From the NCBI GenBank assembly GCA_015680685.1, contig MNCI01000270.1, positions 29,062 through 93,061 on the forward strand: a stretch of 64,000 nucleotides of DNA, written 5' to 3'. Origin of the DNA: Gnetum montanum. Taxonomy: Eukaryota; Plantae; Gnetophyta. How positions within the stretch are numbered: the first letter of the stretch is position 1; every line of letters begins with the position of its first letter. The notes beneath the pieces are model-generated. The model made no database searches and was not told where the DNA came from. It saw only the letters and a list, made by a program, of their open reading frames with translations. A program made the position numbers and the translations under genes. Shown here piece after piece: positions 38,901 through 51,695 of the stretch.

Positions 38901-40558
38901 AACCCCAAAGCCTACCCCCAATATCAAAAAAGTAAGCTCTCGACTCTTGTAGCTGGATGCATAGATTCACAAAACTAGAATTAAATCCCTTTTGAATCAT
39001 AATCGTCGAAAGAGCCTCATAGCTAATTGTATCATACACTTTCGTAATGTCCAACTTCAAGCACATTCCAAGAAACCCTACCTCCTGCATCAAGTGAAGA
39101 ACCTCCTACATCAAAATTACTTGGTCTTGTAAGAATCTATCTCTGATGAAACCTGCTTGATGTTCCCCCACCAACTTTGGCATAAGCAGGACCAACCATC
39201 AAACTAGCATCTTTGTGAACACTCGAAGCAAAACATTGCAAACACCAATCGACCAAAATTGTATAGGATCCCTAGGGTTGGGCTGCTTGGGAATCAAGAC
39301 AATCCTAGAACAATTAATCTCCTATCAAACATGCCTCCTCCATAACATTAGGTTAAAAGCATCCAACATGTTTTGCCCCAATAGATCCGCAAAAGCCTTG
39401 AAAAATTCAATAGTCCAGCCATTTGGACCAAGGGCCTTGTCTGCCTTCATCGATGCCATTGCCACATCCAACTCTTGTAGCATGAATAAGGCTAGCAGCA
39501 ATTGGTTCTCATCTTCTCCTAACACTCTTTGCACTTGTTTAGAGAGCGGTAACGTGTGTCTCTTGTCCTAGATTTTAGCCCAATAATCACCCATCACCTT
39601 TGTGATTTCTTGAGGGTCTTCAAGAGTCAAGCCATTTTGCACCAAACTGAGCATTTGCTCATTTCAACTAGAGCAAACCTTCCCTAAGAAAATCCCATGG
39701 GTCTCCCTAGTTGGGCTAACATTCCCAAATCTCCTCCACAAGAGGTCTCAACTAGGGTTTGAGAAGCCAAGAACATTCAAATCAAAAAGGAGGGGGAGGT
39801 CTCTTCTTCAGCCTCCCTAGATGGAAGACAATGGAACGATGATCGAACGCTTGCCTTTCCTTCCCAGAAACTTGGATATCAAGCTACATCAGAAGGTCCA
39901 AGCTCACCCACACTTGATCAATTCTAGACAAAACCCAATCCTTTCCCCTCCTCCTATTAATCCATCTGAAACAACAGTCTTTTATCTCCATATCCACCAG
40001 GTCATATGATTCCAAGAAAAACAAAAACTACTAAGCACCAGGGGGATCACTATTATTCTTGCCAGATTTTTCCCAAGGATGTAAACATTGATTGAAACCT
40101 CCAACAATGAGCCATTTGCACCTGTTAGGCACCAACGATGCCACCATCCTTAGCTCTTGCAATTTGACCTCCCACAGTTCGGCCCCATAAAAATTGATAA
40201 CCCAAAGTCCAGACAAAATTATGTATACTATTATACTCCAAACAAAAGAGTCCACCAAGTTAAAAGGGACTCTAGACAAAACAACTAAGCCCCCAACCCA
40301 ACCCTGACAGCCAACTAGTTGTGCATGCCATCCTTCCCACCTCAAATAGTGGAATTTAGTCTGCTGCAACTTTGTCTCCTAGAGATACACCATGTCACAA
40401 TCTTCACTCCTAATCATCTCTTTCAAGGTATACCCTATCCCCTACAATCCCATGAGAAAATCCTCATGGCTTACCAGCCGACCTTTTTTTTTTTTATAAA
40501 CCTCTTTCAAGGTCAGCTGCAACGCCAAATCAATATCCATTTGTGTCTACTAGCCTTG
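35995..40558 (-). mobile_element. L1-clade LINE copy H (end of ORF1 + complete decayed ORF2 with J-domain)
   Basis: APE in ORF 40031-40369 (QQTK..GGFN). RT in ORF 38725-39093 (KLDITKVYD, GLRQGDPLSPLLF, HYADD). J-domain ~36330-36525 (CPYLIRDINNNTSWLALHRHIRRSSAKLHLDGKG). Poly(T) on plus strand at 35995-36002. Confidence 0.92.
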
Positions 40559-40881
40559 CTTTTTTGGATAAAAGTTCAAGTTGTATTAATGTGGGAAAAC
40601 TATGTAGTGGGGATGGGGAAACCCCTCCAACAAAATTTCTAGGCAGGGAATCGTTATAGTGAAAGCAGGCAAGCCATACAAGATGTCATCCCCCCCCACC
40701 CCCCCCCCCCCCCCCCCCGCGGGATCTTCAAGTCCAAAAGGGGAAGGACCACAAACATAAATAAAGGAAGAAAGACAAACCCCCTGATAATAGACCAGCA
40801 ATGGACCCACATCAAACATAATGTAGCAATCTAGTACATGCACATCGAGCCTTCTCCTAGAAGTGAATCCCATAAAGGACC

Positions 40882-43805
40882 TGATGAGGACATCACCCAA
40901 CCCCTGTATAATCCTCCATGTATCTTGAATATGTTTGTCTTGTTTATGTGTCTTCTTGTGTTGATCTTTTGATGATGATTCCAGGGTGTTTTGCCATGTG
41001 TGTGGGTGTTTTGGACTTATTTTGATGAGTCTAGGAGATTTCGGGGCTATGGGCACCTATTTGGAGGTATCCGAAGGTTCCAATCCTCAAAACAAGCATC
41101 TTTGTGTTTTGCCCTTGTAGGTGAGACGTCCCAACTACAGGTGAATCTTGTAAGGTCAAGTTCTTTTTTGGTAGTTGACTACCAATTTATTTGAAAGGCT
41201 AGGGTTTGGAGTGAATTGCTTCAAATTTACACTTTTATGTTGAAGTTTGGTGTTTTCTCTGAATGAAAGGAACATTGTTGTGGATATTTGTGCATTTTCT
41301 TTTGGATATCATTCTTGTTGCTTTAAGTTTTATCTTTAGATCTATGAAAGGTATGGCTCTTAAAAAGAAGACAAATCAAGAGCTTGGACAAGAGATTCAA
41401 GAGCTCAAAGGCTCCTTTAAGGCATTTGTGACTGAAATGCAAGAAGTTCTTCTCAAAGTCAAGGCCTACGAGCACCAAGATTTCCGAAAAACTTCAAGAA
41501 GAAGGAATATGGAGAAATTCAAGACTGACTTGGGAAATATTTTGAGGAGAATTGAGAGAATATCTTCTAGCCATCAAGGAAAGAAAGAAGATGTAAGGTC
41601 TAATGAGGTAGAGATCAATGAGAAAAGGAGTTCTCAAACATCTCTTATTGGGCAAGGGAATGCTCAATACTCTAGGGTTTCAAGAGAAGGAACCAAGAGC
41701 TTCATCAAAGGGACCAAGAAATCTTCAAAGTCCAAGATGGTGTATGTTGCTAATCAAAGAGAGTTCCTACCTCATAAGTCATGGGAGGTGAAAGATCAAA
41801 GCCAAAGGAGTGCAAAGATCAAGGAATTTCTTAAAGGAGGATCAAAGGTAGCACTAGAAGGTATGAAACTCATTCTTTTTGCAATTGTCCTATACCTTGT
41901 GGCAAGGGAAAAAAGATTCGAAGCCAAGTTCAGGCTATCTCATGGGAGAGAGGTGAGTCTTCTAGCCAAGGTAAGTGAAAGAATGATTGCTTTAATGATG
42001 TTTTTAATGAAATTGATGTTAAAGCCATGGAGGAGAGTTTACCTTTTGAGCTAGTCCCTCTAAAGTGGGATGAAGAGCTTGCTTATGATTCCCTTGAAGA
42101 GGAGATGCCATTGGGATTGGGATCTCCTATTTGGGATCTTGAACCTTCAAGCTTTGATGAGATTGGACAGCCACATGTTGAAGATCAAGTTGAACCAAAG
42201 ATGGCTAGGAGAAGCCATGAAGAGGTAAGTAAGTCTAAGCTTTACCTTGTTGATGGTAGTAATGTCTCTCATGTTGAAGCTACTGTTATGGATGCTAGTA
42301 TTTCACTTCAGCTTGATAGTGGTTTCTTCAATGGTAATGATGAGCATCATGATCATTGTGTTGATTATGATAAGAATGAGAGTCCTGTTGTGACTTCTGA
42401 TACCATTGTTAGTGAGAGCAGAAGTAATAATGGTAATTTGTTTGATGATGGTGGCTATTGGGATAGTCATTATGAGAAGATCATTATTGATGTTAGTGAA
42501 AATATTAGTAGTGATAACTTTGATTGTCTTGGGTGTGAAATGGATGAGAAGCATGAAGGCAATCTCCATTGTTGTGCTAATGATGAAAGGAAGCTGAGTG
42601 ATAGTCTTCCACACACCAAAAGGAAGAAGGTGAAGAAGAGAAAAAAGAAGGAAAGAAAGGATGTTGGCTTAAGGAGCCTAATCCTTTTGCTTTTTCTTAT
42701 TCTTTATTTGTTGCAGGTTTGAGTCATCATGGGGATGCAAGGGAATTATTCCAAGGAGACACTCAATTGAAGGAAGCATGGTGGGGAATGAGGACAAGCC
42801 TCCATTAGCAAGAGAAGCCCAAAACCAAAACCTCAAGTGATACTCATTCTCATGATTTTTTTGATGCATTGAGTTTTGATTGTTATGCTAAGAATGATGG
42901 CCTTGAGTCATGGGAGCATGGTGCCTTCCAGCTTGTGAAAGGTCATTAAGCATGACATTTTAAGGGTGGGAGAGATGATGAGGATGTCACCCAACCCTTG
43001 TCTAATCTTCAATGTATCTTGGATATGTGTGTGCGTCTTCTTGTGTTGACCTTTCGATGATGATTCCAAGGTGTTTTGCCATGCTTGGGGGTGTTTTGGA
43101 CTTATTTTGATAAGTGTATGAGGTTTCGGGGGCTATGGGGACTTATTTGGAGGTGTCCAAAGGTTCCAGACCTCAAAACGAGCATCTTTGTGTTTTGCCC
43201 TTGCAAGTGAGACGTCCCAACTGCATTTTAGACATCCCAGTTGTTAACAACCATTTTCAAATGAAATGTCCCATTCTTCTCTGAGACGTCCCATGCAGAT
43301 TGTAACAAACATCAAATTGAATGGCAAATCGGAGGGAAAATGAAAGGTCACACCAAGAAGCTATCAATAAGAGTGCAAGGAAGAAGGCTAATCAAGCTAA
43401 TTAGAAGGTAGAAGGTTAGTCTCAAGGAGAACAGAGATTTGAGAAGTCTCTTGAGAGCTTGTGCAAGAAAAGAGCTTCTACAAGAAGAGTTTGAGTGAGA
43501 GGCAAGGGAGAGCACTTGAGAAAGGTTAAGAGAATATCTTATAAGTGTCTTGTCTTGAGCTTTAGCTCCATTGTGAGCAAGTGAGGATTGAGAGGGGACA
43601 TGTGTGGTCTCTAAGAACCTTGGGAGAGGTGTGAGTTGAGCTTAGCTCCTCATCTTTGATGTAATTCTTTACATTTTAAGAGTTTTCTTATAAAAAGGGG
43701 AATTTTCTCCAATTCATTGTCTTGTTCTTGCTTCTACATTTAATTTTGCTTAGGGAGGTTGTGGAATGGATCCTTTTGTTGTCTATTGAGGTAGGCTTCA
43801 CATCA
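40882..43805 (+). mobile_element. Non-autonomous CRM-related LTR element (no pol)
   Basis: TGATG...CATCA termini with TSD GGACC/GGACT. Partial 5' LTR 40882-~41140, PPT AAGGGTGGGAGAGA, 3' LTR 42976-43805. LTR start and PPT match the gypsy element at 57940-63308. Confidence 0.88.
41263..42722 (+). CDS. Gag-derived ORF pair of the non-autonomous element (263 aa + overlapping acidic 231 aa)
   Basis: MALKKKTNQELGQEIQELK resembles the gag N-termini at 63308 and 3991. The remainder is Lys-rich then Asp/Glu-rich, with no recognisable pol motifs. Confidence 0.45.
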
Positions 43806-46800
43806 GGACTGCCCGCGATGTTGCATAGTCATAAAAGCAACCACCTCTTGGAATTCCTTGTACTTATCTTCACTTTTCTATCTATCCTTAGGTGGCAAAG
43901 TTTGAGTCCTATCTAGGTGGAACTTAGTTGTAGTAGCCCAAACATGATGACGCAAAGTGGTCCCCGCAACATTCTTGTTGATACCCATCACCACATAAGG
44001 ACATCACCCTTTCCTAAACCAGCAGCAATCATCAGACTCATGAGCAACGTCTAGCCTACTCTACATCTGTTGTTTGTTCTTTGAGGAGGGCTCAAACCTG
44101 CTACTCCTCGTCCTCCTCAGCCAACTTCCTCTCCTACTCTTCCCTGACCAAATACTCCCAAATCTATCTCCACAGCTGATCTTCCAACTCATTCCTCATG
44201 ACAACTTCCCACAATTCTCTCTGTCTTTTTTCTTCCTTACCCTCTTCCCTACAACACTAGCTTTCCTCCATTGCCCTAGTTTGGTCTTGCTGGTCCCGCT
44301 TAGGAAGCTCTGCCTCCCACTTCGCATGCCCCTCCCTTCACACCCTAGCTTTGATTTCAATCATTATCCTGCAAAGCTCTTCATTAAACTTGACCTACAA
44401 CTCCTAATCCAAGGCTTCTTGAACTAATAGAATTTGCTCTCCCACCTCTAGAGGCTAAGTCGTAGCAAAGGTAGACCCCTCCCCTGATCGCACCACGTCT
44501 ACCTGCAGCATAGGGACTGAGGAAGAAGCCCCCTCAATGGGCCTACACCATTTGTAGACTACTGTGAAGGCAAGGGCCTAATGGACACCAGATCAACCGG
44601 CTGCACTACCCTCCAAAGAGCCAAGATCAAACCATAGTGCCTCCCCCGCCTTTCCCACTAGAGAGAGGCCAAGAAGAATTTAGGAATGCTAACCAATCTA
44701 TTGAACTACATGCATCTCAAAAACACAAAGTGAACACCTTGCAGTTTCCAAACATTCCTAGACTAGACAAAGTATCTGTCAACCAGCTCTATAGCCTCCT
44801 ACCAGAGTGGTGGGAGCTCCGACCTCAGAAACTAGCCACTAGCAGTCTTCAGAACTAGCCCCTTAAAGAAACCCTCCGCATCTTGCAGCCCCCATCCAGA
44901 TGGTAGCACCACCTCCCCCACCGCAAGCACTCCAAGGTATCCCACCAAATCGGTCTTCGAAGACTAATGCGCATTATCCCCCCTCCAACACTTGTAGAAG
45001 TTCACATCCACAAGATCCAAATCCACCACCAATAATGGTAGCAAGTCCTCCCATCCCATCTTGACAAGCAAAGCCCACATGTCCCTATTATTGCAAAATC
45101 CATCCACATCAAGCTCATGTGTCGAGGTTACCCCCATCATCGCAGTTGCTTCCTTCCATAGCCATTTGGCCAAGAGGGCTGTGAGTAGTATTGAAGGGAG
45201 CGGTGCAAAATCGTTGCATTTCTTGCATTCTAGATACATCACAACATCGTCATGGCAAGCAAGTCCTTGTGCGCCTATAGAATCAAGGGTTGTCAACTGC
45301 TTGTCCAACATTAGAAGCTTAGGGGCAGTGCACAAACAAGTGTTGCATGGTTTCAATGCATGCACTACAACAAGGGCAATTGTCCACATTAATAATCCCA
45401 TGAACCTTCAAGTAAGCACAAACAGGTAGTGCGCCCTGCATCAGAAGCCAAGAGAAACATTTAATTTTCCCTGGAAGTCGTCCCTTCTGCACAGGTCACT
45501 AGCTGTCCTCTGCAAGATATTGATAAGTTCATGCAGTTGGATCCCCATCATCCCCCCTTGAGTTATTTTGTAGGCATAGTTGCATAGGTTGCACCATATG
45601 TACGAGTCCCCACAGGCCACCACCCAAGGTTGGTATTTGTTAACCATGATGCATGCCCACTAAAGATGACACCTGTGGTCATGCATGAACCTTTCGATAA
45701 TTCTCTAGTACCATCAAAATGATGTCTTCAAACTTAAGGACCCCCAAACCCTCAACAAGCTTAGGTTTGGCCACCTTATCCTAGCAAACCAAGTGTAAGC
45801 ATTCTCCCCCTTTTTCCCCAGACCACATAATGCTCCATATAATTTGGTTGACTTTGTTGATGATGCCCACCGATGGTGCAGCAACAGAAGAAACATATCT
45901 AGTGATGGACAAAAGGACATATGTAACCAAGATGAGCTTACCTTTCCTTCTTAGAAAATGCATAGTCTAGTGACCCACCCAAGATTGGAGCTCCTGAATC
46001 AAACGGGTCCAAGTCACCACTCTACCCCAGGCAAACATGGAAACCCCAAATAAGAGTCCTAAACTGTACCCTACAAAATTCCAAGTTCCTAACAAACTTC
46101 TTGTTGGATAGACCCTTCAATATGAAAAAAGTGTATTGTAGATTTCCCTCGGTTTGACTACAGGCCAACCTTATTTGCCATCCTTTCCAGAGCCCTATTG
46201 ATGGCCAGGGCATGTGGTATGGTTGCCCTCGTCATAAGGATTCTATCATCAGCATAGTGTTCAATGATGCAAGTGACTCCCTCAATGTTCAAACCTCTGA
46301 TCCCCTCTTCCCTGCAATAAAATTTCATAGTATCCATCACAATGATAAAAAGATAAGGGGAGAAAGGATCACCATGACAAATCCCTCTAGCAAGGGAGGG
46401 GAACACCAAAAGCCTCCTGAACAAGTCAAAGGAGTAGGCTCCCTAGGCTTGAAGGTTCATACACAAGGCCACAAACTTCGGGTAGAGTCCCTTCATGAGC
46501 ATGATTTCTTGGAGAGTATTGCATTGAACAATATCATAGGCTTTAGCAGTATCAAGCTTAATTCATATACCATGGAACCTAGTTCATTGTATGGAGTACA
46601 TAGCTTTCTGAAGCAACAAGATCTGGTCTTGGATGAATCTCCCCTTACTAAAAACAACTTAGTGAAGGCCAACAAGATCCAGCATCAATGGCTGAAGTCT
46701 ATGAAAAAGGATTTTGGTGAAGAGCTAGAGCAGCATGCTACAGACCCCAATCAGTCTGTAGTGGGCTGGCAACGTTGGGTTGAACCTCCAAGTCAACCTC

Positions 46801-49800
46801 CAGCTATGTCTTTTTGCCTTGGGACACAAGGCCCAATGGACAGTCCACCTTGCTAGCATCTGGGGAAATTGGGAAAGGTCCTTCAACCATGGCACCCCCC
46901 TTTGTAATCTCTTCCAAGGGGGGTAAGGGACCCTCCCCTGACCATCGAAACCCAACTACCAAGAGGAAGGAGTCACCCCCAACCCTCGACCAAAAATCAC
47001 TGCCAAAAGTAGCCCATCCTTAATGTCCAATCCCAAGGATCTCGACAATCCTAGCAATCTCAATGATCCAAGCAAAATCAACGATCTCAATGACCCGAGC
47101 AGAGTCCTCCCTGAAACCCTCTGCAGATTCTACTCCTCAATTGGGTAACGCCCCCTCAGCTCAACCACAATTGTGTGTCCAGCAACCCCTTGTGCCTTCG
47201 ATCCCAAGGCCCCCACCCCTACAGGACCCGTACCTTGTTCCAACCCCCTGTACCCCTAGGCCCCTAGGCCCGCACCCTAAGCCAATCCCCTAGGCAGCCT
47301 ACCCTTCCTAGTCACAACCTTCCATCCTTCCCCCACTTTCTTCGGGCCTAGCGCTTTCTAACCTACCTTGCAATCTGCAGTCTAGTGTCCCACCTTACTG
47401 TATGTATCACAATGTTGAGCCCCATTGGGCTTCTTAGCCACCTAAGGTACTATGCCCATGTTTTCGTATTCGATTGTCACTCTCTCCGCACCTAAGGGAG
47501 GTCAACAAGGACAACCTCCTTAACCAGTTCCACTAGTGACAACGACCTCCACACACAACATCTAGCAAAACCCATCCTTTTGAAGGAACCAATAACTTGG
47601 TCAAAGGAGATAAATTCCCCAAAGAACCCAAGTAGGGTTCTAAGAAATTCTGACATCCAAAGCTCCCACAAAATCCTAAAAACCTGGATCCACACAAGAG
47701 CCCTTAAAAACAAATTCAGGTCACAATACACAGCCGACCGTCAATGAGTCAGAGCCAAGCCCCACACTCCAAAGAACCAAGGGCCAGCCATTAAGACCCG
47801 ATCCCTATCCATTGTCGATTGAAAAACAAATAGAAAGAGACCCCCAGGAAGGCTACACACCTCCACAGGGCAAAAACCCCAATGTACTATGACCCACTTC
47901 TTAACTAGATCTAAGTTAGGGGATGCCCCTGCCGAAACGAACTTGCCAATAAGGCTCAACTCCACCGTCCTCAGGCCCTCACCGGAAGGAGCCTTCATAT
48001 GGAGCCGCATCATGCCGTCAGCCCACAGCCATTCTTGAACACCCCCATCACCAAGGCGCCATGAGCCCCCACTTCGAGAATCTTCGATGCCCCACTACTA
48101 TCTCCCCTACCGACCCTCCCAACCCACCACCCACTCTGCAACCGCCATCCTTGCTAGCGCCATCCATCTGCCTGCTCCACGATTGCCATCTGCGATAGCA
48201 CTATCTGCCCTCCCACTACTCCCTGCATTCCTCACATTCCCACCCATCATTCCCTATTTTTCAACATACTCCAATAGGATCTGCATTTGATTACATTATG
48301 AAAATTGATTTTTGTACCTCGAATTATTGTTTGTCACATATGATGTGACTAAGGGTTTGTAGCTGGAAATTGAATTTGAAGATGATCAGGATTTTCTTTT
48401 TGTGGTGAACATTGAGAAATCAATTATTTCTGATTTTATTTTTACAGTTGTATCTACTTTTCCTGTTAATGCTTGCAATGTACATGACTGTTTGCATCAT
48501 TTACTGCACACCTTTAGTGGCAAAAATTGTTGTGTTGCAGATGACCATTTGAATCCAATGGTGGTGTTTTGATTCTTGGGACAACTGTGGTCTAAGATGT
48601 TTTGGTATATGTGGAATGTTGGATTTGAATCTACATTGATACATCATGAACTACCTATCTCCAATTATGTTGTTTGATGATTGGTTGTGCTTCTCTATTT
48701 ATTTCAGTGTACAATTGTGATAGTATGCATGATAATGTTAGGCACTAATGTAGGATAACTATTTTGTACGATGGATGATGATGGTGATCTCTTGTGGTAC
48801 ATTGATGATGAACATGATTTGATTAGGAACATTGCTAGCACCGAGGGAAAGACCAAGAGGTTACCTCAACGCTGCAATGAAGGATGCTCTCATCAAGGGC
48901 CACATTCCAAGGGAGAGGAAGATTGTATGCAAGGCAAATCTTTGATATTAGTGGCTTCAAAGGTTCAGAAGTTTGTAGCAGCCTAAACATTTGGCCCCTA
49001 ATTATTAATGAATAATAAATAAGTCTTGTAGGCACATTAAGGTTAGAGATTTGCAGCAGTTATGGTCTCTAGATTCCTAGAGAGCATTCATGATAACTTG
49101 ATACATGGTACACAAAGCTAGAACTACTAGACTCCAAATGGTTGTGGCTGTTCTAATGGTACTGGTGGGATGAGTGAATTGTTGATGTTTATGTGATATG
49201 TGACAAACTAGTTATAATGATCATTACGTCATGTTGGATCATGGTTATGCTTGTGTACTAAATTGTTTTGTGTAGGACATGTACCTCTATCTTGTGGCTC
49301 CCAACTCCACGGTTCTTTCTCCAAGTCGAGCAAGAAGTGATTATGGTTTATTTCCTAGTCAGTCACGGTGAAGTGACTTATCTTATTTTCAGGTGAAGCT
49401 AGAGCGCCCAACTCATCTATTGATGTACAGCATAAACAGTAATGCATTGGCTAGGCTGTAGATTAGAATGCTAGATTAATCTGTGGATTCGTTGGATTTG
49501 TATGTACCCTTTGATTGGTACTTACTATAATTTCTGTAATGTTGTATTTGTCTATCTTTGATGCAAGCTATTGTAGCTTTCTTGTTATTTACTTTTTGCA
49601 GGTGCCTGTGGATGAATTGGTTTTGGCTACCAGCACCTTATTGTCTTGTGTATATGCACTTTTGGATGGTTTGTGTGCCATTTTAGCAGTTTACTGTTAA
49701 TATGGCTTATAATAGTTTGATTAGCATACTGGTTACAATTTACTCCCTACCTATGATATTTTGATTTTAGTGGAATGACATGACTTAGAGATGTTTGTTA

Positions 49801-50692
49801 GATGTGCAATTTTGTACACCGCAAGCCTTGTGCTTTGTTCTGTTCGTGTTTTCACAAGCACTAAGGCACGATTTTTTTGTCATGGGGCTACCGCTATTGT
49901 ATCCTGTTTTCTATTTATGATATTCCTCCCCCATCAGTTATTGGCCGTTATGCTACTGCATTGTACCGATATGCACGCGAACTCTGATAGTGGACAAGTT
50001 AGAATCGCACCCATGGGTTAATGTACTATTTTTTATTATTTTCTTTTGTGCCCCATGGGAATGTTTGAGGCCAAAGAACTCAGTTACTGATTTTATATTT
50101 TTGTTATATCCCTTGGCCCTCTTTGGGATGTTAAAGGAAGCCCACTATCCTAACTCTTTGTTTTTTATTTTTATGCAGCATTGTAATTTCTTTTACATAA
50201 TTTCTCACTAGCCTAAGATAAGTTGCGGCGAGTTACACAACAGTTGCAAATGAATTCAATATTGTTCCACTTTATGCAAATGCAATGGCTTATTAACCAA
50301 TTTTCAGGTTGTTTTTTATAGGTTCTTGTGATTTGCTTCTTTTCTTTTCCTTTATATTTTGCATATCTTACCAACTTGATCCCAAGGAAATTAGACAACA
50401 AAAAACAATTTGGTTTGTTAGTTGCAATTTTAAACAATAAGGCCAATTCTAACATAAAATTGCAAAACAAGGAATTAAAAGACTGGCATTACTAACACTA
50501 TTTTAATTTCAATGTAGTTTAATATAAGAAACTAAAAGTGCTTTCAGGAAACAAAATTTATAAATTTTACATTAGCAAAAGTTTTTATGCAGTCAAAAAT
50601 ATTACATATTTAAAATTTAAGCATGTAATGTGGATGTATGTGATGTGATAAATAATTGATAAGATTATTCGTGACTTTAAAATTTGTCTTAC

Positions 50693-50778
50693 TGAGCTTG
50701 AAGCCTTGTTTCCCTTTCATCAGCAGTTACAATTTCTTCTCTAAGAGATTCTATTTCTGCTTGAAGTATGTTATTCTG
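50693..50778 (-). CDS. Host PH-domain gene, coding exon 4 (coiled coil)
   Basis: tttttag|CAG...GCTCA|GTAAG, 86 nt. Encodes QNNILQAEIESLREEIVTADERETRLQA(Q). Joins in phase to the exon at 23978. Confidence 0.88.
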
Positions 50779-50866
50779 CTAAAAACAAAACCAATATGCT
50801 TAACCATGTTGCTCGTGCTTTATGGTTAAGGATATAATACTTAATAATCATTGGTTCAAATCCAAC

Positions 50867-50993
50867 CTGATCACCTTTAGGAGTGTCAGCTTTCCCTTTC
50901 TTGGTATCTAATCCCCATTGAACCCCAGAAGCACTGAACAGCCTTAAAAGGGAAGGTACCTTGTTGGTTTTTGATGGAACCGTACTTTGAGAA
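50867..50993 (-). CDS. Host PH-domain gene, coding exon 3
   Basis: ctgcag|...CAG|GTTGG, 127 nt, open frame SQSTVPSKTNKVPSLLRLFSASGVQWGLDTKKGKADTPKGDQ. Confidence 0.8.
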
Positions 50994-51084
50994 CTGCAGT
51001 GCACAGAACGTTGAAAAATAAACAAGAATACAAGAATGTATATTCTATAGGCATCTCATAGTTTTATCTGCTAATAAAACAGAC

Positions 51085-51206
51085 CCTGAATATTTTGAAA
51101 GCCTTGATGTTCCAGGTGTGGCGTTCTTCAAAGGAAGAGGTGGCTTTGATTGCTTTCTTGTATTCTCATGCGTTAGGAATTCGTCAATAACCTGTCTTCT
51201 TGCATC
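51085..51206 (-). CDS. Host PH-domain gene, coding exon 2
   Basis: cattag|GAT...GG|GTCTG, 122 nt, open frame DARRQVIDEFLTHENTRKQSKPPLPLKNATPGTSRLSKYS(G). Phase matches exon 3. Confidence 0.75.
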
Positions 51207-51671
51207 CTAATGAACAGGAGCATAATCATCACGTGCAAAACATGCAAAACTTTTAATCTTAACATACAAAACATGCATAATGAGCAACAGGTATAAAATT
51301 ATTTCCCGAAAAAAATTTTAAGAACCAACCATAAAGCTGTACCTGAAACAATATCCATTCTACATCACTCATTCCAAAACATGCTCTATGGCTTCTCTTT
51401 AAATTAAGTAGGGTTTTCCCCGTTACTTGCTCCCTTTCAAAAATCTGCAAACACTCTGTGCATAGTACTCTAAAGTTATATATATTTCATCCGAATATAT
51501 ATTTCTATATAAAACTTAAATTTATTATACTATAATATCATGTGACTTCTCAGTACATTATAAATCTAGAATGTAGATAACATCATACTTTTCATGACAA
51601 CATCGTCTGTTCTTTTCCTAGAATACCTCGTTGAACACTCAAATACAAATTAGGACTCTAGCAGCACTTAC

Positions 51672-51695
51672 CTGGCTGCACATAGCATATGACAT
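51672..51695 (-). CDS. Host PH-domain gene, putative first coding segment (MSYAMCSQ)
   Basis: Strong donor CAG|GTAAGT at 51671, phase 0. In-frame ATGs with an upstream in-frame stop. The exon may begin at 51968 (ttttgcag acceptor). Confidence 0.5.

Larger units (their letters stand above)
40560..48255 (-). mobile_element. L1-clade LINE copy I (ORF1, APE deleted, RT, extension with J-domain), interrupted by an LTR element
   Basis: ORF1 in ORFs 47492-47731 and 47741-48013. RT in ORF 46158-46424 (HGDPFSPYLF, HYADD). J-domain ~43820-44005 CPYVVMGINKNVAGTTLRHHVWATTTKFHLDRT..SEDKYKEFQEVVAFMT. Its IH..CAC tail resumes at ~40830-40880. Confidence 0.88.

Noticed and set aside
46212-46856. 214-aa plus-strand ORF
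   Set aside because: Antisense shadow of the LINE I reverse transcriptase, with no independent motifs.
48300-50250. Possible DNA-transposon (hAT/MULE) remnant; similarly 52080-53700
   Set aside because: Only compositional hints. I could not identify TIRs, a TSD or transposase motifs.
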